Shown here in pieces: positions 11,251 to 24,800 of a DNA stretch of 64,000 nucleotides. The stretch's first letter is position 1. Every line of letters starts with the position of its first letter. Made by a program: the position numbers and the translations under genes. The stretch comes from Balanoglossus misakiensis (Eukaryota > Animalia > Hemichordata): NCBI GenBank assembly GCA_040954595.2, contig CM082589.2, forward strand, positions 12,288,894 through 12,352,893, read 5' to 3'. The notes beneath the pieces are model-generated. The model did no database searches, was not told the DNA's origin, and saw nothing but the letters and a program-made list of their open reading frames with translations.

Positions 11251-12070
11251 GTTTGTAGTCGTCTTAGTCGTAAAAACATATTTAAGGTGTTGGGCACCTC
11301 GAAATAAAGGGTCGTCTGATCATGTTAAAATTAATACTGATGATACTATGACTTCTAAACATTTAATCTATGGAATAAAAATTGGGGGTCAACCATCTAG
11401 AGTTTTGAAAAAGCGCCCTTTATCTAGCACCTCTTTCAGATTTTGCCAGGCTCGTAGATTTTTGTAAAATGGCCTCAAAAATAAGAATTTTGGAAGGTTT
11501 GTCATATTTTTTCACCATTGTAGAATCTAAATGTTCTGAATTATTTTATTTTTAGCAATTTTGAGATTGCTTCATGTTCAGTATGATAATCGCATGTCAA
11601 TACAACTGTTACATTAAAGGAAAAGTTCAAATCCGCCTAAAACCACATTGCATTGGTACCTAGTTAAGTTGTCCTCACTTCTGACGCAAAATTTTGATGT
11701 GCAATGCACGTGTCTGTGAAATTGACGAATAAAAAAATTGTATACCAGTGCAAAATTAAAAACTCCCTTTGCAGCCTTCTTGGCAACTGCATGCTGGGAA
11801 AAGTACTCGGATGATGACGAAAAAGTTTCGGGGTTCCGGGTAGTGCTACCCCGGAATACAATGTTGGGTGCAGACTCCAACTATGGAAAAGAGATGCAGA
11901 ATGTCATGTGATATAGTAGTGAAAACAAATACACGTTGGTTCACGTATTTCAGCTCTCAGCAATCAGGGTGCATTAAAAGGCCTTGATTGGTGTGATATT
12001 CACAATTGATGATTATAAATACTTACAGTTGTATACTGTTTTATTTTGTAAATATTGTGTACATTTGCAG

Positions 12071-12200
12071 CAATGAATCCGTGCGAACACAAACCTTAAC
12101 CCATGCCGGAATGCTGGTACTTGCCAAGCAATCCAGGGATCTTGTACAGGCGTCACATGTCTATGTGCTGGCTGCTACCTGGGCTTCACATGTGAAACAC
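12071..12200 (+). pseudogene. EGF-like exon E10 (130 bp, frameshift)
   Basis: tttgcag|...|gtgagt; MNPCEHKP / NPCRNAGTCQAIQGSCTGVTCLCAGCYLGFTCET. Confidence 0.85.
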
Positions 12201-12433
12201 GTGAGTACAGTACTTTGTCATTTATTAAAAAATCTAAGTGCTGAGGTACATTGTAGTAATAATAGCAGGTGTAGTCATTATCATCATCATCATCATCATC
12301 TTTAAGTCAGTCATATGATCGGTAATAAAAACAGTAAAATCACCAGTATAAAAACATAACAGAGAAATAATGAACGTGTACTGGTGTTACCATAGGTAAC
12401 TGTTGTATAAAATTTTGAATTCCTGTCTTCCAG

Positions 12434-12556
12434 TTCCTAATCCATGCTTCACTAGTCCTTGTCTCAATGGAGGTACCTGCCAACAACAGGCAAATTCTTG
12501 TACTGCCACCATTGGCATGTGCACAGAGTGTTACTAGGGAAACAGGTGTGAGACAA
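12434..12556 (+). pseudogene. EGF-like exon E11 (123 bp, in-frame TAG)
   Basis: cttccag|...|gtaagt; PNPCFTSPCLNGGTCQQQANSCTATIGMCTECY*GNRCET. Confidence 0.85.
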
Positions 12557-12651
12557 GTAAGTTTGAATCTATAGCAGTTAATAATGATAATTATCATTTT
12601 TTTTTATTATGATTTAAACTTCACTGATGTTGTACAAACACAAAAATAGAA

Positions 12652-13118
12652 ATAATAATAATAATAATAATAATTTATTTGTATAGCGTCAGTATCCACA
12701 AAAAATGTGATCAATGACGCTTAAAGCAAAAGTACAATACAACACAACAAATGGCTAAAAAACAGATTTAAAAAGTAAAGTTTTAACATTTGATTTAAAA
12801 ACAGATAAGTCTGGTGCCTGGCGAATGGTGAGTGGAAGATTATTCCAAAGAATTGGAGCAGCAACAGTAAAAGCACGATCACCATAACTCTTGGTGCGTG
12901 ATCGAACAGGGCAGAGTTTGAACTGATCAGCTGACCTCAAATTGCGACACGGAACATATAGATTAGTCATGCTAGAAAGATAGATTGGACCAAGTTTATG
13001 AATGGATTTAAAAATGAGAACTAACATCTTAAAAACAATACGCTCTGTAACAGGTAGCCAGTGCAACTGATACAAAATTGGAGTGATGTGACAGGTGATT
13101 TTTGAACGAGTAACAATT
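12652..13118 (-). mobile_element. 5'-truncated L2-clade (CR1 group) LINE
   Basis: ORF2 C-terminus LHWLPVTERIVFK...LRS...GDRAFTVAAPILWNNLP, a short 3' UTR and a (TTA)n tail. Copies near 27555-27886, 42305-42771 and 60751-61207. Confidence 0.9.
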
Positions 13119-13341
13119 AGAAAGGGACAGCAGCTTAGCTCTATTCCTTTTCCAAAGTGTTTGTTCTTTTAAACTACCTGTTTTTTATTTATTCTGATTA
13201 TGCTAATATGCTAATTTGTCGGTTTGTCACATCACAATTTTTGTAGGAAACTCACCCCTGGGAATTTTTTTCAGCCACTGACATACATTCATAATCACAT
13301 GACATTGATGATCATGGAAAATTTGACCCTTTTCCTTGTAG

Positions 13342-13464
13342 GACTCAACCAGTGTCCACCAAATCCGTGCCAGAATGGTGGCTTCTGTCAACCGGCTCGA
13401 AATTCCTGCTTTGATCTCACCTGCATATGTACTGGTTGCTACAAAGGTGATAGGTGTGAGATAT
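13342..13464 (+). pseudogene. EGF-like exon E12 (123 bp, open, 8 Cys)
   Basis: cttgtag|...|gtaagt; LNQCPPNPCQNGGFCQPARNSCFDLTCICTGCYKGDRCEI. Confidence 0.88.
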
Positions 13465-14018
13465 GTAAGTATACAGCGCAGTCTCTTTTACCTTTTGTCT
13501 CTGATGCATTCAAATACTGCATGTTTCCTGAGCATAGGTGTAGCCATCACCACAGCAGAGCTTGGAGCGTTCTTGACATCGAATGCAAGATTACACTCTT
13601 CCCAATCAAAATCACTTTCGTAGCGCATAATGTCTTGATTGTCTTAGTTCAAGAAACATTATGCGCGACTGGCCAATTTTACAGCCTTTTGTCAACGCAC
13701 ATCCACTATGGAAATTCTCACTCCAGGCCAGATAGTGTAAATTTACATATGAGTCTACAGGTATGCTTGAAGTCAAGTCAAGCATTTGCAAGGAACCCTC
13801 CTCCAGTACACAGGTCTTTGATTTCATGAAGGGAAGCCCTTGCCTCACAGTCACTGCCACATGATCTATGGAGGTGTGAACAACTTGATACCAGCCTAAT
13901 ATAAGTTGTAGGCACAATCACTCCACACACCCTTGCCATAATTCTGCAAGGTTTTTGCCATATCTGTACTGTAGAATGAGTAGCAAGGAATAAAATGGCG
14001 TCCTTTCTTAATTTCCAG

Positions 14019-14133
14019 TGCAAAACCCCTGTGATCCCAACCCATGTATGAATGGTGGATTTTGCCAGCAAACATCGTGCAATTTCTATTCATGCCAGTG
14101 TGTGAACTCTTACACAGGTGACATCTGTCAAAC
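14019..14133 (+). pseudogene. EGF-like exon E13, interrupted 2 nt before its donor by a transposon
   Basis: tttccag|QNPCDPNPCMNGGFCQQTSCNFYSCQCVNSYTGDICQT. The donor gtgagt is displaced to 15261. Removing the insert restores a 117-bp exon. Confidence 0.88.
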
Positions 14134-15251
14134 CATAGACCCTAGAGAAAGAAGGACGAGCAACTGCGGCAAAGATCAAAGGGTTTGGGGATTATCTGTA
14201 TGATGATGTTCTTTTGCATATAATTAACACCCAGGACAGTTGGACAATGACTTCCTTACTTCGGCACGTGTCGACCCCACCAGTGATGCGAAAACTTGCC
14301 ACCAAACTGACACTCCTGCATTTCAGCAGCCACTGCGTTTTTTTCTAAAATTCTAAAAGTATTACGATGTCTGTGCTAATTATTATGGTCGTCTGTCGGA
14401 TGAACGGTCATTTCTAGTGCCACAAGCTTCATTTAAAAATTGTAAACAAATCATCCATGCCAAATTCCTGTTTAACTTGTGCAGATGTGTTCCATAAATG
14501 ATTGCTGCGTTCAACCACGTTGCAGTTTTCTCGTCTTCTGCGAGATGTTCTAAGGTGTTTGTGATAACTTCGCGCAAAACGCGAGACTTTGCGTTAGTTT
14601 ATACACAGTTTATTTGTAAATTGGATTATTGGGATTTACCTGGAAATAATGTATGCAAAAGAACATCATTTCAAGAAAAAACTGGAGTTGCGCGTCCTTC
14701 TTGCATGTCCGACTGGGCACTCATATTTCTTGGTAACGCTGACACTTTTCGTAATAATTTTATGTTTGCGTGAAGCATTGAAACAAAAATTGTGGTTTAG
14801 GGGCATTTTATTTCGCAGTGCGTGAACAATAAAACAGATTTCACGAAAACAATTTATAAACAAACTGGCTGGATTTTCATGTGTGCGCTATTGCCGCCAG
14901 GCAACCCTCGGTACGGTTAGCTCACAGCCTTGTGAAATACCCGGACTGTTAGACAAAAGATGCTTGTTTTGGACGCTGTCAGACTCAGAGGTGCCAAATT
15001 CCTGTTTAACTTGTGCAGATGTGTTCCATAAATGATTGCTGCGTTCAACCACGTTGCAGTTTTCTCGTCTTCTGCGAGATGTTCTAAGGTGTTTGTGATA
15101 ACTTCAGGCAAAACGCGAGACTTTGCGTTAGTTTATACACAGTTTATTTGCAAATTGGATTATTGGGATTTACCTGGAAATAATGTATGCAAAAGAACAT
15201 CATTTCAAGAAAAAACTGGAGTTGCGCGTCCTTCTTTCTCTAGGGTCCATG
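14134..15251. mobile_element. 1118-bp non-autonomous TIR transposon, P-superfamily-like
   Basis: 32-bp TIRs (catagaccctagagaaagaaggacgagcaact, 2 mismatches) and a 7-bp TSD gtcaaac at 14127-14133 and 15252-15258. CANRG termini with a 7-8 bp TSD fit the P superfamily. Confidence 0.88.
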
Positions 15252-15503
15252 GTCAAACAAGTGAGTATATACTTTCAAGACACCCTGCAAACAAACAAGC
15301 AATCTTTATTCCGTAGATCTTTAAGCATATTTATGCATTGTATATTTTGATGTGAAACTTCAAATTTTATTGGTCTTGTTGCCAAACTTCTGAAGAAATG
15401 AGGATATTGTTTTGAAGGGTATTTTATCAGTAGATAACAAATACCATGGCCCTCCATGCAAATACCCACATGGTAAATTAAAACTGTTACAGGTGTATTT
15501 GAT

Positions 15504-15817
15504 TTAAGCAATAAAACACCCCCAGCCATGGTATACCACGAGATTTTGACCAGTTCACGACATATACGCACGAGCGATAGCGAGTGCGTATATGGAGTTG
15601 AACTGGTCAAAATCGAGTGGTATACCATGGCTGGGGGTGTTTTATTGCTATTATATTATGCCAGTATATTGAAACTTTGCATAAAACATTTTAAAAAGGC
15701 ATTTTCTTTGACTATGATATATGACTGTGGTATATGGCTAATATATCACGGTCACGTGTCGTGTCTCGACCAATCAAATAGCGTGATTTACACCATCAAT
15801 ATACTGGTATAATATAA
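15504..15817. mobile_element. Copy of the 314-bp double-hairpin element
   Basis: Same site in unit 2. Confidence 0.8.
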
Positions 15818-18800
15818 TTCCACATATGGATTACATGTGGGATAATATTGGGTGCTGGCAGTTTCAGTAAATGAACTGCTCTTAAAAGTTGGGTGTCAGG
15901 GCACCCTTGACTTCTTATTGTTCAGTTATACATTTAGGAGGCTCAGTTATAGGAGAACCCGATAGAACCACAGCTGTAGGAATTAGGGAAATGGTCATAC
16001 CCTAAAAAACTTATGTCACTACTATTTTTTTTTCATGCCATTGAAACAGAACAAACTCCATGTAGGCCAAGTCCATGCCTGAACAATGGGCGGTGTACTC
16101 AGCTGTCTTGTACAACTTATGAGTGTACTTGTCCAGGATGTTTCACCGGCACACACTGCAGCCAGTGTAAAACTCATTAAAACAAACATTTGTCATGCAG
16201 GAACTAACATTTACAATCATGTCTCAATACATTGTCTGTTGGTCATACTTTATATTTTCATCTTCAGCATCACACCTTGGTCCTTGGGAATCGGTCACCT
16301 CAAATATGATGTACAGCTGAAAGAAAACATGTTTATTTGAAGAAAAAACTGTTGATCGTTCATGAAAATTTTCCCTACACAAGATACATATACAGAGATT
16401 TTCATAGCCCCATAAGTGCGTCCCAGAATGAGCAAGTTGTTTTTGGAAGTGAAGTTCCGTTCAGTATTTACAGTAATGGTAATGATGATGTTTTCATCAA
16501 ACAGATTTTGAAAGTAAATATTGCTGAGATAACATTAGGTTGCACTTTTTATTGCAGTCCAAGATCCAGGCCAGCGAAACAGCTGTCTCAACGGGGCTGT
16601 ATGTAATGCAGTGGCCAACTCCTGCACGGCATATACCTGTGCCTGTACTGGTTGCTATGAGGGTAACCGTTGTGAAATATGTAAGTTTCTGACGTACCGT
16701 AAATGACAATCTTTTGGGCACTTTCTCTTCATGGCAATTGAATTGTGTGGTAACTTCTCATTTCTAAAATTTCCCCAAGAGAAAAGAAAGGAAAAGGAAA
16801 CAGAAATTTCATTTGTATGTCCGTGCAATTTAGGATAGGCACGAACTTGTGAGGAAGTGTACGAAGTTGGATGTTTTCATCACTCAAATATACAAGAGTT
16901 GCCTCTTGAAGACTAGTGTCTGTAGAGATAATTGTGCATGTGAGGTAATCTCTCCTAAGGTGGTGCACACCTCTTAGTATTAAGTAAAAGAGACGTCCTT
17001 AATTATCCTTACTATTTGGCTTGAAAAATCAATCTTACTAGGTGTTCTGATTAGAGAGGTGTCCATAAAGACAGGTTTTACTGTATTACCCAAAATAGAG
17101 ACATTGTCCCTTCATCATATACTTAATGCGTGTTCTGGGTATGGTTCCAGTATAATGCTTGTGTCAAAGGATTTTGTTGTGGTGCAGGAATCATCTTTGG
17201 TTGAGGTGTAGCCATCTGCATTTCATGTGTTTTAAACTATTTTTTTTTCTGATTGTCATTAACCCATGTGATCAGAATCCGTGTCAAAATGGAGGCTATT
17301 GTTCCAAAACACCAAATTCTTATACTGACTACACCTGTTACTGCCAGTAGTGTTGGACTGGGGCCATCTGTGCCGTAGGTGTGTCGAATTACTGTTTTAT
17401 GACACAGCGTGGTATATAAACCCTCATTTTTGGTATTCTCAATGTGATAGATGGACCCATACACCAATAAATGGGGTGGAAGCATTACTAAGTTTCATCC
17501 TTTCAAAATTTGCTGATGTAGGGTCAAAATTGAGTGTGAGGTGCATGTTAAAAAGGAAAGCCTTCTGTATCATGTTGATGGCACATTTTTTTAATTTTTC
17601 AAGATTCTTACAGAAAAATCCTAGCAATAGCATCATTATGTTATTTTAAATGTAAAGGTTTGAAACAAGGAATGAAGACATTGCTCACATATTTAAACGA
17701 AATGAACATCACAAGTACATGTACAAGTTTTTGACAAGCAGGTAATTGATACTTTCCTTTTTGTTTTGGCAGCCATTGATCAGTTATACCCTATGCCTTG
17801 TCAAAATGGTGGCACATGCGTTGCGTGAGACGGCTGTTTCCTGTTTGACTGTATGTGTACCGAATGCTTCACTGGTGCCACATGTACAATGCGTAAGTAC
17901 TAACCAATATTATTTTATTCAATGCAAAACACTTGTTATATATTATATAATATAAGTACGGTACACATATTAAAGCCCTGGTAACTCAAACTTTGGGCTA
18001 GCTTAATGTTATCACTATTTTTGTTTTCGGTTGCAACTGTGGTTTCTTGTCACACTCTAAAGGATTTCACAGCATTTGGTTTTTCAAAACAGCCCTTTGG
18101 TTGTTGTCATGTATACATGTACATGACTGTGGAGTGTAGTTTGTAGATTCTGTAATTTTGACAATATCTTGACTGCACATCCCACAGCTGTCAACCAGTG
18201 TCAACCCATCCAGTGTCGGAATGGTGGAAACTGTGTGCTGACGCCCAATTGGTGTACTGAATTCACATGCTCCTGTACAAGCTGTTACTCCGGCGATTTA
18301 TGTCAGACATGTGAGTGATTTTAAATTTCAGATGAAGAGGAACATAATAACATAACACATAATCGGCTTGCAGTTGGTTTCTTCCAACCTGTATCAAACA
18401 GTGAATAACGACACAATTTTGGGGAAATTTATTAAGAATGTGTGTGCCATAAAAGGGGATTGTGTATTTGACCAAATAACAACCTGCACCGTATGGTACA
18501 CTAAGACACTATTACACCTGTGTCAAAATTTCATTACGTTTCTTTTGTTGAACATGGAAGAAATTTGTCACAGTGATGTTCTGTTGACCAACTGAGATTT
18601 TTACCACTCAACCCTGACTGCACAAATCTGTTTAAAGTATATGTAGTAAATATTAACTGTACACAATTTATATCACTTTCTCTTCTGTGCACAGATTTGA
18701 ATCCGTGTCAGCCCAACCCTTGTCTAAACAGTGGATTCTGCCAGCAAGTGTCCTGCACCGAGTTCAGATGCCAGAGTCCACGCTGTTTCATCGGAACCAC

Positions 18801-21800
18801 GTGCGCTGAACGTAAGCAAACCAGTGTCAGATTTCCCGCACAAAGTAGAAATCGCTGGGCTTTGTCATTGATATTGTCTCAATAAAGTTGCCTGTGATTG
18901 TGCAGCTAACCAAGAGACTTATATGCACTACGGTAGCCATGATGAATACTTTCATTGACTCAAATGCTCATCAGTGTAGATATTGCTATTTTTCCAACCG
19001 TAAATTGAAACATCAGAAAGTTATGACATCAACTACCCCCACCCCCACCCCACCCACCCCCAACTAGTAAATATTATAAGATTCAGTAATTATGATAAAG
19101 ATGGTAGCACCAAGCTTGGATCAAGTGGTCTTCATTATCCTTCACACATGAACATGATCACACGGATGTGCAATCTTCTGACAGTCTGCTACAGATTTCA
19201 CTTCCCACTCAAGTGTGTAAGACCCTAATGTGATACTTTTCATTTCTCTCACCCTTAGCGATCAACCAGTGTCTTCTAAACCCATGTCTGAATAACGGAG
19301 TGTATCAGCCACTTCAAGGCTCCTGCTCAATCTACACCTGCAACTGTCCAACCTGCTACACTGGGCAAACATGTGTTACATGTAAGTCACAAGTTTTTAG
19401 GTCCCATTGGTATGTACCATGGGAACTTATGGGATTGGTTACGTCTGTATGTATGGATGGATGGATGGATGTATGTCTGTATGTCCGTCCACATGAAAAA
19501 CTTGAAAACCGCAGCGCGTTTGACCTCGATATTTGGCGTGTAGATGCAGGCAGGGCTGTAGATGGGAGTTTGTTCAAATGAAGATGTCATTGCCAAAAAT
19601 ATGCAAATTAGCTGGGAAAATGTGAAATTGGTCAAAACTCAAAAACTGGACAACCACTGGTCATATTGATTTGAAAAATGGTATGCATGTACCTTATATC
19701 AACCTCATACAACCCTGTATGTTTTGAGCTAATATTATCGATTTCCTATTTTTTTTGCATTTTTTTGTATTTTTCCATGTTATTGGTAAAAGTCTTTGAA
19801 ATTTAGTATGAAGCCTCCTAATGTTGTCTAAGTAACCATAGTTTTGTTCAAATTGTTGCAAAATTTGCATATCTATAATTTTGAGCATTATTTGCCATTT
19901 TTGGTCAAAAAATGTTTTTCTTTAAAACCTCATGCCAGATTGCTTTGCAATTTGGTAGGCATGTTCGTAGGGGTAACCTAAATAATATGTTGTAAAAAAT
20001 GTGATATTTGCATAAATGTGTTATCGGGGAAACTTTTGCAATTTTTGTCAAAAATTGTTTTCACTGAAACCGCTTGTCCTATTGCATTGAACTTAGGCAG
20101 CATGTTCCTTGTAGTGATTGAAGTAAGATATTGTACAATTTTGGTGATATTTTCATATTTGTGTTTTTGCCACTTTTGAACAAATATTTTCTGTGAAACT
20201 GCTTGTTGGATTGCTTTGAAATTAGTTTTTTCTCTGATTGCTTTGAAATTTAGGATATAATTTATTAACACATACCTGTATATGTGCAACTTTTATTCAA
20301 TTCTGAGATCAGAAAGATTAAATATTTAGCGAGTTTTTTGGTAAGTTTCTTTGTTTTTGGTTAGCAAATCTTCTCCTAAACAAATTGTCCAGTTGTTTTT
20401 AAAGTTACTATTTACAAGGAGTTGTTACCTCGAACAAAGACATGTTTACATAACTTAAATAGGCCAGCTGTTACAGAGACCACCAGCTATCACATTTTAA
20501 TTACCAGTGGCAGGTCAGTGTGTGTCTGTTCCAGGGCTGACTGAAAGAAGTTGCTTCGCATATGTGTTTGTGTACAGACAATTTTTGGTCAATTTCTTTT
20601 TCTAGCACCACTTGTAAGACTGCCATGACACATGACAGTTTATTGGGCATGTTCCTTGTTAATGTTTTTACATTGCATATTTCTATATGGTCAGATCATA
20701 AGTGCTTGCAAATGTCACCTGTAATTTTTATTCTGCTGTGTCACTGTTTCCGCATAATCCTCAAATGTCATCAGATCTCCGAATGTGATGAAAACAGTGT
20801 GTTTTGAGTGGGTTTTTTTAATGACCTTTTGGGTTAAAAGTGGCAAAAATGGCAATTTTGTCTTCAAAGGGGTCAATAAGACTGACTTTTTTGGAATCAG
20901 CACCATTTTTTACATTGAATGGACTAGTCTGCTCAAACTTTCCTTACCAAAAATTCTGTTTAATCTTCTGTAACATGTATACTAGTGTACATGTAGCTGC
21001 CTGATAGTTTGCCCTGTGTGTGTAATTGCTGAGTGACATAACGCATTCTGTGATTGATGCAGTCACCTAACCACCAATCGAACGATTGTTATAAGGAGAA
21101 CTGCACGACCTTTAACCGCATTAGCATACCTGATTTTTAGGGCTCGATATTACCTCTGAGGACGCAATATTTAAGTTGAAGTTTTTTTATTTTATCATAT
21201 TAGAGCAAGAAGACTTGTCTTTTATGTAAAAGAAATAGACCCTAATATACAGAGTGCATTTTGAAACGATAGGCAGTTCCGGCCCATAGCCTAATTCTTC
21301 ATTTTTCTGTCATGCGTAGGAATTGATTAGTGCTAACAACCCATGTCAAAATGGCAGCACTTGCCAACCCTAACCTCGTGTGTGGCATTGACGTGCACCT
21401 GCCAAGGATGCTTTACTGGGAGCGCTGTGAAAATTGTCAGTCAGTTTCTTTTGTCAAATTAATCAATATGTGTGGGACTGCTATACATGTATATAAAACA
21501 GAATACTGCGATGGAAAATTCTATAACTTAATGTTTCAGTGGATATATGACTTAAAGTTAGCAGTATGCAGTGAATTCAACAGAAAGTGTAATTTCCTCT
21601 TGTGTGAGCTCTGTGCGACTGTGCCAATGAAAATCTCACCACAAACAAAAATGACAGGTATACACTGTATATTAGCAGCTTTGTCTCTGTAATAGCCATA
21701 GTGTTTTGAAGTTGAAAACTTGCAAAGTGTGCAGTTTTATTCACACTACAAAGGAAACATTGTTGAAACGGATTATCTGTGTACATTGTCAAACTGTACA

Positions 21801-24800
21801 CTTGTCGCGAGATTTATTCTCAATTATATTACTAGTATATCATGCTACCGTCTGCAACTCTGATTGGACGAGAGCTAAATCCAGCGATGCTAAAATACTC
21901 AATAATGCACTGCTGGCAGTGGTAAAACGGGCTTTCTGTTTGCCACATGGGTTTGTTCTTTAGGTTGTTGTATGTGTTTACACCCATCATGTTTATTGTA
22001 GAACCAGGGTCGATCAGTGAGGCAACTGCTGTTTGTTCTATCTGCACTGTTACTCGAGGCCTCCTGCCATTTGATTGTTGTACAGTGAAGCAGTATTCAT
22101 CTCCCGAGCTGTCTTCCACTTTATGCACAGCTTTGACAGTTTTATCCTTGTCTACCCTATTTGCCTTGCCTTTTGAATGGTAGCATTTGGCTAAATGGTT
22201 AGGTTTGCCACACTTCCTGCATGACTTGCCTTTAGCTGGACATACTGAGTCATGTGGTACCATTATTAAAATAGGGGCCAGTCATCAAAACGTAAGTGAG
22301 CCAAAAAACTACAGGTCAGATAAATTGTTTTCTCGTAAATTCAACATTAGAATCAAATTTGGCGTTGGAAACAAACGGCGGGTCGCCAGTTCCTGGTCTG
22401 GAGGCTGGTAGAGTCACGTCTTGAAGACTGGCCCCTATTTTAATAATGGCATTGTCATGACCGGCCAACCTTTGACCTCGGAGACCACAATGTAGAGCTA
22501 TCGATCAGCTTTTCGCGTTTCAATCAAACATTGCAATCACGGGCTAAAATCACTAACTAGTTGATACCTTTTTCGGTGTTTCATCTAACCTTTGAAAGGA
22601 GTATAATAAAAATGAAATGACCGCACGTAATGTGCATTTCTTGTTCACGTGTGGGGACTATATGTGTGCGTAATGATCCAAATGCAAGGGGTCGTGTGAA
22701 CAGGCCTTAAATAATGAGTTTGCGTTAAATAATGAGTTTGCGTTAAATAATAAGTTGACAAACGGCGCGAGTGCATTTTTTCATGGTTTAGAAATCACTT
22801 ATTTATATATAATTCATTATATAATGTAAATCACTCATGATATATATATAATAGACTTGCACTTAAATTATTTATAAATCACTCATGATATATATATAAT
22901 ACACTTAAATTTTTTTTATTTATAAATAATTAATTATATATAAATAATTATGTACATCACTCATGATATATATATAATAGACTGACACTGACATTGTTTA
23001 TAAATAATTTATTATATATAAATAAAAGAGCATAAAATACATTTTATGTATATAATTGAATCGACTTGAAATTATTTATAAATAAATTGTCAGGACTTAA
23101 ATGGTTTGCAAATCTATAATTACATACATATAAGTATGTTAAATAACGACTTTTGAACAAATAATTTAGCTAAATAATAAGTTAACACATGGCACCCCAT
23201 ACAAACATTACGTCCAGTCCAAATATTCTGCCAATTTTACATCCAATGCATTCAAATAGTGGACTGCTTCGCTTTCATCCAGTTTTCATGTGCATCGTAT
23301 AAGTAGACTTTTGTTTTGTCCCGTCTTTTCACCGAATTTGCTCTTTTCCAAATCTCCGACACAGACTATGATCGTCACATTCTTGTCTGTTGTTAGAACA
23401 GCACACTGCCATATGGCATTGACTGTATACAGTTTCTGTTACCAATATCTCTGGTTTGGCATTTTCCTGTCCTCAATCTTTTGCCAGGGATTTTTGTGTC
23501 CCCAACCCGCGTGAGAATCCCACGTCTTTGAAGGTATGACTGTGACTATAAGATTCTATAAATCTCTGTTTATTTTCAGCACAAACATCATGTGCTGATT
23601 GCCCAGCTGGTAACCAATGTCCAAATGGTAACACTGTGATTTTATGCTCGGCTGGTTATTACAGTTCGGCCTTGGACAAAGGATGTCTCGCTGTACCTCT
23701 TGCATAACAGGTAAACTTCTACCCACCAACCTTTATTTCCAACATCAAACATTAGGTCAGGTAATTTACTAACTGAAAAATAGGATGGGAACATTTTCCA
23801 TTTCTGTATTTAAAATTTACTGATATAATATATGAATGAAAAAATGACAATTTTTCCAAATTTGAATAGACCTCTATTTATGAAAATAATTAAAATTTGC
23901 GCCAATTTTTTACAGTGGTATTCAAAGGTTAACTTGGTGTGTATATTCTTTGTTTGATTTACAGATCAGCCGGTGCTGAACAGTGTACTATTTGTGAGCA
24001 AGGGTACGCCTGCACAGATCCCAGTGCATCGCAATTCAAGTGTACCAAGGGTTACGTGTCATTGGCTGGTGCAACAAACTGTACCAGATGTACAAATGGT
24101 AAGATTGTGGTACTTGTTCAGTTTGCTGTGTGATGAAACTGAGTGGTATGTGTGTATGCATGTATGTGTTTACAACATATTTTCAAGTCAGTGCGACTGG
24201 GGTTATGTATGTGTGTGTATGTATGTATGTATGTGTTTACAACAGATTATCAACTCAGTGCGAAATCTTGCGAGACCCGGTTAGCCATGTGAGATCTCGC
24301 AGAGTCTTATGATATTCAGAAAATGGTTGATTAGAAATGACGTTTAATGTCCTCCAAAGAATTTTCTACATGCCCGTATACTTGTCTCAGAATTATGAAG
24401 TGAATCATCTCAAGTAATTTGTTATTTTAAATGACACTGTATCACAAATACTTCACTAAAAACCTCATTTTCTTTAATCAGATGAAATAAGTGAGGAGCC
24501 TGCACGCACATCCCGTCTTCTGTGCCCTGCTGGACAATCGTGTTCAGATCCAATGTAAGATCCGCTTGACTGTGGCAATGGTGAATATGCTATGGAAGGC
24601 GACGGCACATGCACGCCTTGTCCAGCAGGATCCAAGTGTCCAACCATGTCACCCGTAGTTGATTGTTCAACAGTTACTGGTAAGTTGGGCTGCAAATTAC
24701 TCTTATGACTTCCCTGTGTTATAGCATGACATACACAGAAAATTAAACTGTTATGCTCATTGGAGTTGATATTGTGATGCACTTTGAAAAACACAATGAT

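Larger units (their letters stand above)
8674..21435 (+). pseudogene. Multi-exon pseudogene copy: 5 GCC2/GCC3-like Cys-rich exons followed by 12 EGF-like exons
   Basis: AG/GT-bounded Cys-rich exons all on the + strand, with stops and frameshifts. No start or signal-peptide exon and no terminal exon seen. Confidence 0.85.

Noticed and set aside
12006-12305. ORF ending in a poly-His tract
   Set aside because: The His run is an intronic (CAT)n microsatellite that varies in length between copies, and the ORF is out of frame with E10.
12646-13124. tagaaa as the TSD of the L2 LINE
   Set aside because: A short A-rich match in AT-rich DNA, and no empty site is available in the window to confirm it.
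13224-13829. 201-aa ORF as a protein-coding gene
   Set aside because: It is exon E12 plus read-through into flanking introns. Only the AG/GT-bounded 123 bp looks like protein.
1145-21435. Assignment to Notch, fibropellin, crumbs or SCUBE/SVEP1
   Set aside because: No diagnostic flanking domains or calcium-binding consensus are visible and the Cys pattern differs, so no gene symbol can be supported.
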